Shown: positions 1-12,469 of the stretch, piece by piece
How the letters are laid out: the number at the start of each line of letters is the position of its first letter
Position numbering within the stretch: the stretch's first letter is position 1
Origin: Neodothiora populina
Taxonomy: Eukaryota
Length of the DNA: 64,000 bases
Reading direction: 5' to 3'
Assembly (NCBI RefSeq): GCF_041146345.1
Contig: NW_027191404.1
Location: 1,674,001 to 1,738,000 of the forward strand
Position numbers and translations under genes: made by a program
The notes under the pieces: generated by a model
What the model was told of the DNA's origin: nothing
Seen by the model: the letters and a program-made list of their open reading frames with translations, nothing else
Databases searched by the model: none

Positions 1-2897
1 CTGCGCCCAGAGCCTGAGGCTGGGTTCGCCGTCCTCGCGCACCAGATACAGCGAAGGCACAATGATGCTTCCGCATCCCTTGGCGCGATGGTCTCTGCTC
101 TTGTCGATGACAGCTCGGACACGCTCGTTCATCTCGCTGTCCAAAACAGGTACACTGGTCTTGCCCTGCTTCAGGGCGTTCTTGTCGTCTGAGCCAAAGA
201 CATCCAAAAGCAGCGCGGGTACAGCGTCGCGTCCGAGCCAGAGGAACTGCGTCTGACCGTCGTCGATGAGATAAAGACCGAATGACACAATGTTGGCCGA
301 TGTGAGGTTGAGAGGCGCGGGCATAACGATAGAGCCCGTCTGAGGGTCTGGCAGACCCGCAGCGTCTGGCATGTCGTGTAACGAGTACATGCGCGGGTAG
401 ATGTACTGGATCATTAATGGTAGAGGCAAAGTCGACAGCAGACATAGCGCCGCTGATCGCAGATCACTGGGGATCTGCGCAGACTTTCGGAGACCGAGCT
501 AGAGATTTATTGGTGTCAGTGGATGATTGAAGTATATGCACAGTTGTAGACACTCACGTTCTTGATCAGACCAAGGAAAAGGATAGGCAGGCCTCTCAGA
601 TTGGCGGGGAATTGCAGGCCACCGCCACCCATGTTACCACCAGCAAGCTCCTTCTTGTAAGTCTGAAGAAGCTCGATGACCTTGGCCTGCAGGGCATCCC
701 TTGCAGCATCAAGACCACTCGATAGGGCACGTTCAACAGCCTTGTGACTGAAGTACGCGGTAATGGCTTGCTGATCTGCACTCGCGTACACATCCGCAAG
801 GTTTTGCGTGGTCGGTATCGATAGCGTCATGACACGAATGCGACGCTCGCCGTTGCAAGTGGTGTGTAGAACACCGGCCTGCAGACAGACGTATTGCTTG
901 GTGATGGACTCGTCGATGGCGATTTCAACGACATAGGCTTGGTCACGGGGGAAGGCAGGGAATGCACAAAGATCCGAGCTGCGGTTGAAGAAGTTGCCGT
1001 AGAAGGTGCTTGGGCGAAGGCCGGTGGTGGCGCGAACTCGGAGAACGGCCTCGAGTCCGATTTCTGAGGAAAGGTAATCGCTGAACTCTGTAGCAAACTT
1101 GATGGCGTCCTCTGTCCGTGCCGCGTTCCAAGCTGGGTAGAAGTAAGTCTGACCACCTGTGTACCTCGGTAGGTTGCTCAATGAAGCGACATCCTGGTAT
1201 TGGGAAGAGAAGAGGAACATGTCAATGGATACTTGAGTCTTGGAACATTCGACCGCAAAGCTCTTGTAGAAAGCATTGGCCGTCTGGAGCAGTGAACTTT
1301 CCTTGCTTGTTCCCAGCAATTTTTTATCTTCCCTCATCTCTAGCTTGCCGTAGCCAATGTTAGGCAGGCTAGCGGAGAGAACGACCATCTTACCGCCAAC
1401 ATGCGAGATCATCTTGTGACCAGCGCGGAGTGCAGAGCCCATGGCGGAGAAGCCGTTCTGAGTGTTCTGGAACATGGCTTGAAGCTTGCTGAGGAAGTTC
1501 TCGATATTGGAACGGCATTCGGCCAAGCTGACAAGAAGACCGTCAGGAAGGGGCATGAAGGGCTCGTCCAAGTCGCTCACGACGAGCATGTTGGCATCAG
1601 TCTGGCCGCTGTCATCACGAGGAATCGAGAAGTAGTTGAGGCTTGAGTCTACGGCCATGAAGCCAAGCTTGGTCCTCCTGTCGGCATTCGGGATTCTGTC
1701 GAGACTTTCGGAGATGCATCTCGCCGCTGTCGCAAGGAGTCCGGTGCTGACACTAGCGACACTGACATCGAACAGGAAGAGGTAGACAAGGGGCTGCGGC
1801 GCTCTGACCATGTACTCTTGCGGGGCCACGAATTCCATCACAGAGTAGTTGAGCTCCGGGCGTTGCCATCGGTCGACAGCCTGTTGCTTGACATTGTCCC
1901 AGTCGAAAGCCTGAGGGACATCGTTGGTCAGGTTACACATGTTGCATCTCCATCTGTGGCTGTGGTCCAGGAAAGTGGCGAAAGGGTTGATGTAGGTACG
2001 ACATCTCCTGCATCTCGCAATGACTTGATCTGTCTGGACGGGGACGTTGTCCTCGGCGTCGTGTAAGGTCGCGTATGGCTGGATCACAAGCGCGAAAGGA
2101 AGCTTGGACTTTTTGAGCAGAGAGTGCGTCGAAGGAATGGCGTTCAAGGTGGAGCGAATATACTTTGGTGGGCAGTTGGCATCTGGCGAAGGCGTCACAC
2201 TCGACTAGACAGAGATTAGTGAAGGTACGACGGTGGTTGTGCACAAGAGGAGCTGGGCACATACGTTTGGTGGCAGAATGATAGGTGGCGGAGCCAAGTC
2301 CAGATCGGCGACGTGGAAAGGCTGTCCTTGAAGACTGAGATCGACTGGCTGCAATGGGTTCAGTCTCTGGACTGCCTGGGCAGGCTGCGCTGCAGGCTGT
2401 GCGGGTTGCTGGCCCATTGCCATCTGCGAGAATTGTTGAGTAACACCTGCCACGCCGCCCTGCATCATTGGAGATGCGCCGGGAGCAGCGTAGCCGGCGT
2501 TGGGTGCCTGGTAACCCGCTGCCGGGTCTGGGTAGCCGGGCTGGCCGTATTGGCCTTGAGGCTGTTGCATGGCGCCAGCACCGTAGGCAGGTTGCTGGTA
2601 GCCCATGGCCTGAGGCTGCTGTGCAGGCATTCCATAGCCAGTGGCGGGTGATGCGCCGGGATAGACGGCGGCTACAGGAGTGGCGGCGGCGGCTTGCTGG
2701 CCAGCATTGGGTCCTGAGCCGAATTCGAATGCCTGACCAGCGTATGCGCGCTTCTTCTTACCGCCAGCGTGTGCGTGAGCTGCCTGCTGGTCATATCCAG
2801 GTTGTGCTGCACCGTCATAGGGTTGTGCTCCATCTTGGCCATACTGTGCCTGATCTTGGTATCCCTGAGGAGGGTATCCAGGTTGGTTGCTTGCCAT
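1..2897 (-). CDS. SEC24: COPII coat subunit Sec24 (3' end runs off the window start); introns 2205-2264 and 499-557
   Basis: Q/P/G/Y-rich N-terminus; Zn finger [11 protein letters not shown]...WRCNMC; trunk motif [17 protein letters not shown] and RRIRV motifs; canonical GT..CTRAY..AG introns restore the frame. Confidence 0.96.
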
Positions 2898-3711
2898 GTT
2901 CAGTGCTGTACGCGTGCCAGACCGCGGTCTATTGTGGTCGCTGGGGCGTTGATATAGGGAGGTGGATCTGACAAGAGATGCGTCGGATAGACTGCTATGC
3001 GAGCTCTATGTCCCGAATTAAGTCGAGGATGCTGCAGGCAGACAGACAATTGGTTGTCGCCTTTGTTGATGCCCTGCTGAGTTCCTATGTGTGAGCTTCA
3101 CTAATTGCTACACTGCAAGGACCGTCAATTGAGAAGTGGCTGGATGAGCTGGAAAAGCCTTGTGGTGAGGCTGCCTTGTACGGAGTGTCAGTTCGACACG
3201 TATGACGATAACAACAGAATGACAAGGAGAAATAGGTCGCTCCTTGTTTCCCACAAGTATATCGTCTATACCCCATACAAGTAGTCGAAGACGGAGGTCC
3301 AGGCTTTATTGTGCCAGCTGTTGTGCTTCGACCAATCACAGACGTCCGTGTGCCGCATCCCACCCTGCACGTCATGTGGAGAGGGTCGGTCGAAGACTCG
3401 CATCTTGCTACACAGCTACATGAGAGATACCTTACCTTATCTCGCCTTGCTGTATGTCACATATCAGGTAGAATCACAAAATTAAGCACGAGAGCGAGAC
3501 AGCGCGGAAAGTTCTGCTGCACAGCAGTTTCCTAAACGAGTATTTTGTCGACCACTTTGCAGAAATATGCTTGAGCATTGTCCTAGCTGAGGTACTGTAC
3601 CTAGTTTCTGTGTCCCACCAACGCCACGCTATGCAATGAAAGGAGCGAACAACAAGCCCATCTGGGCCATCGCTTTGGTCTTTACCTCTACCACTTCCCA
3701 TCGTCCCTGAT

Positions 3712-6043
3712 CTATACCGCCAGACGCATACGCTCTACTCCCTTGACCCCCACACCTTTCAGTCGGCCCAGTTGATCAAGATCCCGGATGACACCTGCCC
3801 GTCCTTTTTCTCCTGACTCTTGCTCCGCATCTTCCTCCATCTCGCAAAGACAGTTCACTATCATCTCTGCCTTCTTTGCTCCAACACCGCGCAATAACTT
3901 GATCTGCGCGATGTCTCTAGTGTTGATGATTTTTAGAATGTGCTGTGACCGTGGCGTCTGTTGTGTGCTCCCAGCAGTCTCTGCATACTCATCACCCGAC
4001 TCAAGTGCGTCGACGGAGCCCCTCTGCTCTGCCACTGCATCGTCCCGGAAAACTCCTAGCTGGCGTCGGGGCTTTCGAGCTTTTGTATGTTGACGACGAT
4101 AGGCTTCTTCCGCCCCATCCTCCTCGTATGCCTCGGAATCGTGCTGGTATTCGCCATCGTCACCGTCGTCGTCCTTTGTGTGCCTCGCTCTGGACGATCG
4201 CTCGTACTGCTCGTGATCGTCCGTCTCACCAAGGTCAGGCAACCTCACACCCCCAGCGGATGCCGACAAACGGCTCTCCTGTGCCTTGCGATTGATCTTG
4301 CTCTGCACCTTCAGCATCTTCTGAGCTAATTTCTCGTTTCCGGGAAAGAAAGGCAACGCCAGCTGATACATTTTCAAGGCGCTGCTATCTTCGCCTCGAA
4401 CCGTGTGCTGCTTCGCCATGAGAAGATACTGCAGTCCCTCTGCCCTCTCACTTTCCTTGTCGCCGATACGTTTTTCCAGAGCGTCCAGTCGTGCTTGTAC
4501 ATCCGCAGGAATCTCGGCGCTTGCACTTTGAGGAAGCTTCATATTCAGAGCATTTTCAGCCAACTTCTCCGAGACTTTACGCTCGATGAGCTCTTCAATC
4601 GATTGCTGAGTCATGGCTGTCGGAGCTGAACGAACAAGCTTGCTAGCCGTTTCACTGGGTCGCATGAGCTTGCTAGGGCGGCTCAGCGTTGGGACTGCTT
4701 CGCTGCTGCTGCGTTTCTGGGAGTCAGGGAGGACGCGAGGATGACCTTGTCCTGCCAGATGTCCTGGGCGGCTGACCGTGGGGCCCTTGTCAGCATAGAC
4801 AGAGAAGGCCTTGATGGGCTTCTCGATTTTGGCCGGTGGCTCTTTGGCAATGACATTGTGTGAAACAGCTTTAGGACGTAATGGCTGACGGTTCACAGCA
4901 GGTGCCTGGAGAGATGAAACTGTGGCCGCTTTCTCCTGCTTCGAGCCTGGACGGAAGAAGGGCTTGTTTTCGACTTCGTTGACCTCAATCTTCTTTGTGC
5001 GATTCGCGAAGTTGAGAGAACTCAGAGTATCCAGATGGTAGCTGCGAACTGGCGCAAGGTTCAAGATCATAACAGTAAAGCCATCATTTTGGCCCAAGGA
5101 CAAGATGCGGGTCATCTTGCTCTCACGGTATGGGATGCGGGACTGTTTCTTGCTGATAGCCTCGACGCATTGTGCGAGCACGAAGAGCGACTTGTTGATG
5201 CTTGCAGATTCTACCATTCTCTCCTTGCCGTTTTCCGTTCGCCGGTTGTCCTCGGAACCTGCCAGGTCAATCGCAGAGGCAGTACTGATCTTGACATGAT
5301 CACCAGTGGTTTGGACGACTTTGACACACAAAACAGCATGCGAGCGACTTGAGCTTGCATTCAATTTGGTCGCCGAAGTGGATCGATTGAGATTAGCTTG
5401 ATCATAAAGCTGCTCGAACTCCTTGAGAGTCGCACATGGCTTCTCAGTCAAGCCAACCACTACGGTCTTGCCACCATTGTCGCGGATCGGCAGTCCAGCA
5501 GGTGACCTCTTGTCGTCGAACAGATCAAACACCTTGTCGCAGTATATCTCATAGTAACTCATGGTGACTTCGACTTGTGTGTTTCCTTCAGTATCCTTCT
5601 CGACCTTTCGACTACGACGGTACACTGCGCTGAGTAGTCTCGGGATCACACCCCGATCTGCAAGAGCCTTTCCACCCTTCATGGTGTGTGTTTTACCTGA
5701 TCGTTGTAATTCAGTCAGTATGTGTATTTCATGCTGGACGTCGTCAATGCTGACCTGTTCCAGTAACGCCATATGCAAATATCGTGACATCGAAGCCTTT
5801 GAATAGGTGCTTGACCGTGGGTGCAATCTCATGGTCAAAGATCTGTTGCTGAGTGGTCTGCTGGTCGTATACACTGTTGAAGACGAAAGAATACGCCTCG
5901 GCCTCATTCTTTGGGTTCGGAATGCGAACAATCGTCGGATCAGCTCCCGAATCAGCAGAGGCAGCGACAGCCTCTACTATCGTGTCCTTCTCCAACTCAT
6001 TCTCGAGCAGTGGTCGAAGACGCGCAACCACGCGAACACTCAT
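3712..6043 (-). CDS. Kinesin-10 (Kid/KIF22-like) motor with C-terminal helix-hairpin-helix motifs; intron 5697-5754
   Basis: Starts MSVRVVARLRP; P-loop FAYGVTGT|GKTHTM is rebuilt across the intron; NASSSRSH, DLAGSE and RIPYRESKMTRIL motifs; C-terminal LRGVGAKKAEMI and LKGVGVKG HhH motifs. Confidence 0.9.
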
Positions 6044-6986
6044 CGCGATGAAAGAATGCGGGATGTGGTTGAACTAAAGAGTTTGTCGAATGGAAAAGAG
6101 CATGCCCAGAGGAGGGAATTAAATATATATGTACCTAATGACAAGAAACTCCCAGCTCGGTCGTAGGAACGAGAAATGCTCGATAGAGCGACCACTGCTT
6201 GACGGGAGAAAGAGGTAGTGGTCCTGGTTAAAACCGACCTACGTCGATCCCGCACACACACGTCGCGGGTCTCGTAAAGTCCACAAAGCTGGAGCGTTTT
6301 GGTTGTTTTCTCGTGACAACAAAGGGGGGTCCGAGTTGACTTTCGGCCCGAGAAAGCCGGGGTTTGCATCTACAAGTACATATCGAGCGAAATCTCTTGG
6401 CGGCTACGTTGGCCCCTGGTCACCGTTGAGATCGTCCGAGGGGCAGAAACGCTGGAAGATTAGATCTACACAGTCAAATAATGTCACATCGCAGAACTAG
6501 TATAAGCACACTTCATGGGGTGATTCCTTCCTCTCAAGCAAGATGGGAATGAAACCTCGTCGTCGATTCTTGCTGATCAGGGACTCGTGTTCCAATTTCT
6601 TCAGCTAGCTGGCTCGTCCACGGGATCGTTCCAGTAGTTTGAGGTTCTTTTGATCTTGCCCTTTCTCACCGACTTCTCCTATTCGGCTGGTGGGGACGCT
6701 TTCCTGGAGGGCGACCCTGTTCGTATGTCACAGCTGAGCGAAATATCTCGGATGTCTGGCTCGCAATACGTAGACTGGCCTGTGACGACCTATATCCTAT
6801 ACAGGCGTAAGATGTGTTCGTTTTAGTAGATTACTTGTGCCGTTGTCTACGCAGTGTATTTCTCGACGTTTGTGAAAAGGACCCATCGCATGACTTCGAG
6901 AAAGTGACTTGACAACACTGAATGATTCATTCATGCATCGCTATATTTAATAGATATCGTCGACCATCATACGGTCCAACTCGCAT

Positions 6987-9121
6987 CTACTTCTTCGCTT
7001 TAGCAGCAGCAGCAGCAGCCGTCTTGGTCGCCGTCGGTTTCGACGAGCTCGAAGGCTTGGTAGTGGACTTTGGCGCCCCCTTTGTACCATTCACGCCGAC
7101 CGTCGATGAAGGCTTCTTAGTCGCTGGCTGCTCGTTGACGGGTGGTCCCTTCTTGAGTCCATTCGCAGGCTGTTGAGGCTTCTTGCTTGCTGCTCCTGCT
7201 GCAGCTTGTTGGACTTTCTGCGTTGCCCTCTGCATGGCAAGGGTAGATAGAGGCCTCGTCACAATTGTTTCCATAGGCGCCATCGGAATCGCTTTCCTGA
7301 CGTCCGGTCGTGACCCTTTCGTTGGCCCTGGCTGCATGGTCTTCAGTAATCTTTGTCGCGTTTCTTCGTGGACGTTCTCGATGATGTTCTGTACTGCTGG
7401 GTCTAATTGTTTGCCTTGAGTGGGACTGGGTGTCTTGGGTAGACCGTTCTTTGTCATCGCTTCTAACATCTCCTGTTGATGCTGAGCGGCATTCTTTGTG
7501 ATCTTGTCGATCGTTGAACCTGGGATTGGTTGTCCTGCCGCCTTGGCCTTGGAAGCTCTTGTTAATGCCTCCCGAAGCATCTCTTGAGACTTGGTTGCTT
7601 TCGGAGCCGATCCAGTCTTCAAGAGGTTCAGTTGCTGCTGTTGAGCCACTTTGTTCAGTAGCGCGTCGAAATCGATGTTCTCTGGGTTCAGTTGTCCACT
7701 CGACAGCGCTGTTGCCGCAGCACTTATCGGGGCGAAAATGGCAAGGAATTCCTCAATCCCGCCGGCTTTGACTTCAGTGGTGATGAACTTGGCCGTCTTC
7801 ACCACAGGCTGAATGACCTTCATCTTCTCGCCATTCTTGTTCGCATTGGCAAGTTTCAATAAGGCTGCTTCTGTCTTCATGGCCTTGACAGGGTCTCCCT
7901 CCGGGAAAGCTCCATGTCGGACGAAATGCTCGAGCAAGTAGTCTTTCTCCGTCCAACGATTCTTCAGCCACATAGAAAAAGCAGCCTCGTTGTCAATTGG
8001 GATGTCACTTATCCGAAACCTTCGCCAGTACATATTGACAGATTTTGGTGGGCGTCCCTCGAAGAATGACGACTTCAATGTGAAAATGTCTTGACCGTAT
8101 TGTCCAGTACTGTAGCAGGTTAGTCGGCTAGAGCGGGCTCTTGTAGATCTGTAGTGGAGTAGGCCTACCTTACACCCTCGTATGCGATTGTACAGTCATA
8201 TAGCCAATTAGTTGATTGCTTGAGCTCCTGCAGACAAAATTGCAATCCTGTGCTGCGTGGAAGCAGCTGGTGCTTCATGTCAGCAACACCTTGTTTGTCC
8301 GCCCAGGCTTTGCTTTTCTCTCGAGTCACTGCGCTGAGGTTGGTGCCTTCAGGGAAGATGAGAAGCCACATGGGATCTCTCGGATTACTGAGCTGCTTTA
8401 GATGTCTTCGGAAGCGCGGCTTGTCGGTCTCCCATTTGCGTGCAAGAAAGATGAAGTTGTAAAACTGTGCACTCCAACCGAGAATAGGAATATTCTTTAG
8501 AGATTCCTTCAAAATGATATAAATTCGACCGTGCATCTTGTTGGTATAGGCGATCCACCATAGATACAGCCAGTCGGTATAAAGCTAAAACTGTTAGTAT
8601 CCCATCGATTATTTTGCTATCCTAGACACAAGATATACCTGATGGTTTGCCATCATGACCAGGCGATGAGGAAAGTTGCACTTCAGACTCCCGTCATCCA
8701 TCTGGTACAATTGATCTTTCATGCTTTCATCTCCAGTAACTCTAACCACGGTCGGCGCCCACCATTGAGTCATGGTGGAAACCAAAACCGCAAAAGACTC
8801 CTTGGTCCATGCCATATACCCATCGTAGAATTTAGGATCGATCAGCTTCAATGGTGCACCTATGAACTGTGAGGCAGATATCCTATCGAGATGTAAATAT
8901 GGTGCGTTTGATGGACATTAAAGATAAAATGCGACCAAAGCTGAGAGATAGACTCACGCTAAAACACCCGAGAGGAACGTCGAAGCGGCGGAGAAAGCAC
9001 GTTCGGCTTGTCCGACAGCACCGTGCTGTACGGGACCTGCTGGATGTCCATCGTCGACTTTGCCATTCACCGTACTTAGACCAACACCAGCATCAGACTT
9101 GGACTGTTTAGACACGGACAT
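6987..9121 (-). CDS. Lysophospholipid acyltransferase (PlsC family, CST26/LCLAT1-like) with a long C-terminal extension; 3 introns
   Basis: Catalytic NHQ|LYTDW (HxxxxD) spans an intron; FIFLARKWETD, LLIFPEGT, LLPRSTG, YDCTIAY and WLKNRWTEKD motifs. Confidence 0.88.
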
Positions 9122-9646
9122 GATCTCTGGATTATCAGAATGGTCGCAGCGCTGAGCAGCGGCGCGCAATTTTCTAGTTCTGGACCAGATGTGAACGAGC
9201 CACCCGACGCACTTTACGTCGCCACGAACATCTTTGGATAGACCCCTGTTCTTCTACACTTGCACCGTATAGCGTACCACACATGTACCACTGTACGATG
9301 AGGCAATGTGGATCAATATGATGAGGTTGACCCGATTCGAGCCATACTCCAGCCACGACTTGCACAGATCCCTGCTTTCTGCCCTGATTTTCTGCTGTGT
9401 GGCCCCGCATGCGCTTATGACGTTGAACCTTGAAATGCAGTGTCACCTTGCCTCACCTGCCGGAACTCGACGTCCGCATCTTTCAAACATTTGATAATAT
9501 TTTGGTTCTTGACACCTCAAGCTAGCTCTTCAGATCCCTCAAGTCGAAACAACCGGACAATCTACCTCTTTCTACGACTCCACGATCGCACCTCAACGTA
9601 AGAAGACATCGTCGAGCATTATCATTGCTATCTGATCCCACATACT

Positions 9647-10277
9647 ATGGCTGCTGTCCCATCTTCTTCTGCGCGTACCAACGGAGTCCAACGCACAAAC
9701 GGAGCCGCCAGACCAAACGGAGCACATCGCGCGAACGGAGCCACAGCTGCTAAGCCTCGCCCGACTCCCAGTCGTGCTCCTGCGCCCCGAGCACCCAAAG
9801 CCCATTCAGTCTCCGGAGGTGAAGTGCAAGCAAACGGCGTCACTTCAGCATACGCTATCATGGCCAATCGCATTGCCAACCGCGTCGCCGAGATGGCGGA
9901 AAGCATCACATTTGTAGAGAGGTAACGAAACCTTCCTCGAGTGAATCACGGTCTATACACAATACTGACATGCTTCCAGACCCAAGACGCAACAACCCCT
10001 CAACGATAATGAACCTGCAGAGAAGAAGCGACCGCGCAAGCTCGAAATGCGCCTGGACAACACCGCATCCGACGGCGTCGCTTTCAGCGCACCGTTCCTT
10101 GACAACACTCTTCAGAAGATGCTACACTTGCAGAACCGTATGCTCAAGAGCACCGCTGAGCTTTCAAAGACCGAGGGCGTCGACGAGCGCATAGTCAAGG
10201 AAAACGCTGCACAAAGTGCCGAACTCAGCAGAATAATTGCGCTCATCTGTGCCGAGAAAGCACGACAGGGAGCTTAG
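9647..10277 (+). CDS. Small hypothetical protein (~190 aa); intron 9922-9979
   Basis: GTAACG...CTGAC...CAG intron joins ORF 9647 in frame to ORF 10047; RxNG repeats, KKRPRK and a helical C-terminus; no family recognised. Confidence 0.6.
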
Positions 10278-10981
10278 AACCGCTTCCGACTCTTCCTTCG
10301 ACTGTTATCGAAAATTTCATGAGTGGATGATATGGTTTGGGTTGGTTCAGGGGACGGTACGGGATGTTTCAGAGCTACAATCTTTTGCGTTACGGGACAG
10401 TTTTGTATCACTATATACCTTATTTTGGCGCTTGTTTATGCCTTTACGTGGTCAAGTTTAGGCAACGAAATTATTTTTTATGTTCGGAAGAAACGTCGTG
10501 CATCTTCAAAGTGTCTGCTCACTTGTGTCTGCCACAATCTATGTGGTACCTTGCGCCCACCTGGACAGGCAGTCTAATGCCCCGTGTGCTTTGTCCTGGA
10601 TAAGTCAAGCTTCCCCCAGGTCTTGCTGAATGTCGATTTGCCGCCCGCCTGGGGTTGCACGCGCTGCTCATTGCCGATCGTCTAGCTACGTCATGAGGAC
10701 CCGTTTTATCAGCCTCATGCGCCTCCTCGAATTGCGGCTCGATGTCACGAAACTGCAATCCAGACCGGTTTTCGAGCTCGCTCGTGTGATGATCAGCCCT
10801 TGGTGTCTGCTCTGTGATGCTTCTGCTGCAGCACCGTGGTCTTGGCATCGATGGAAGTGTGGGCCTCATTGACCTCTTCTCTCCATTCCAATTGCGATAT
10901 CGAGCGTCTTTTACGTGAAAATTAACAATCGACCTGTGGCATTAGACACTTCAAATTCAATTTATACACGTGAGCGCTATT

Positions 10982-11850
10982 ATGACTGGATTCATCACGA
11001 ACTACATCCAAAGCACTGCCACCAACCTCTTGGCCACTGGTATCAGTGCTGCTGGGACTGTCGCAGGTATGTCTTCATGCACGGTCAACCGGCTGCGTAA
11101 ATACTGAGAACTATAGGCAATGCTGTCGGCGGCGTTGGCTCCTTGATTGAGAACAGCGGTCGTAATGTCGGAGATGGTATGTTTCGCTTCTCTGCATGGT
11201 TCCGTCTCGAGGATTGCGAATATTGATTCATTACAGGTGTGGCGAATGGCATCAAGTCGTGGGGCGATTATATCAACTCATATGGCGACAAAGTGACGGG
11301 GGCTACAGCAGCTTCGTCCGGAACTGCTGTCGCGAAGAAGACCGCCGTAAAGCCCGCGACAGGTCCAACTGCAGTCAAAAAATCGTTACCTGCATCTACT
11401 GCACCCAAGGCTTTTCCTTCAACTGCTCAGAAGGCTTTGCCGCCTGCAGGTGGCAAGCCAAAGGCTCTCCCGGCGCCGCAGTCAACCAACGGCAAGAAAT
11501 CAATCTCAGCTGCGTCGAAGCCAAAGCCGATGGGTGTTTCGAATGACACTTTGAAGAAGACTCCTGCTGCCCCCTCTGTGTATGCTGCCAGCACCCCGGC
11601 CAGCCCGACTCCGTCAGCATCTTCAAAGACTACCTCATCAGGCAAGAAAACCATCTCGGCAGCATCCAAACCTAAGCCTGCTGGAGTGTCAGGACTACCC
11701 AAACCTCCCACGGGACCGAGTCTGAACAGTGTGCCCAGGCCACCGACTGGCCCCACTCCTCCTAGTGATCCTTTTAAGAGCAACAAGACGTCTTCTGGAA
11801 AAGTCAAGATCAGTGCCGCGAGTCGGCCGAAGCCTGCCATCAAGGTATAG
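10982..11850 (+). CDS. Hypothetical protein: Gly/Ala-rich amphipathic N-terminus plus K/P/S/T-rich tail; introns 11067-11116 and 11177-11236
   Basis: Two canonical GTATGT introns give the continuous frame MTGFITNYIQSTATNLLATGISAAGTVAGNAVGGVGSLIENSGRNVGDGVANGIKSWGDY... Confidence 0.75.
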
Positions 11851-12330
11851 GTGATGGATGCAGAACCTGGGATGAGAACATGAGGAAACGAGCAATCTTG
11901 TGGGAACGAATAATTTCTGTTTGTTAGCGTATGTATCACTGTTAGGACTTCTTGTTTCAGAGGCGTAGGAAAATCAAATCTCGTATTGTTCTTAGTCTTT
12001 GGTGGCTCCAAGATGCAAATAGGTTTATCTGCGTTCGCTATCACAATGTGTCTTGAGGTACCGTGTGAAAAGCTTCGAAACCCTCCCAATGTCAAATTCG
12101 TCTAGGTAAGGTGCTTGACTCATGTCAGCACATTAGTGTCGTGGCTTATCAAGACCGAACCACATTGATATTCGCCTTTCCAACGAGTCACCACTGACAA
12201 GCCATTGACAGGCTCTTACTCGAAGTTGACACACGGACATTTCATCGTCCACGTGAGATCGTGTCGACTTATCGCGGCGATGGCTGAAAGAAGCTTATTT
12301 GCGACGCACTGACCCTTCTCCAGGCATCAG

Positions 12331-12345
12331 GCGCGTCGACGCGTC
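12331..12345. promoter_or_regulatory. MCB-like element (ACGCGT at 12339-12344, overlapping the palindrome CGCGTCGACGCG) upstream of RAD54
   Basis: Exact MluI cell-cycle box ~130 nt upstream of a DNA-repair gene; function inferred from MBF regulation in ascomycetes. Confidence 0.5.
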
Positions 12346-12469
12346 TTCCTCTTCGAGTACTTGATATTGTAAATGTCAATGCTTTCGCCTCTCTCTACAT
12401 AAGGTATCCATCGAGACAACATCAGCAACCTCTGTTATTTATTGTTCTATGACGGATACCACTGTCGTG

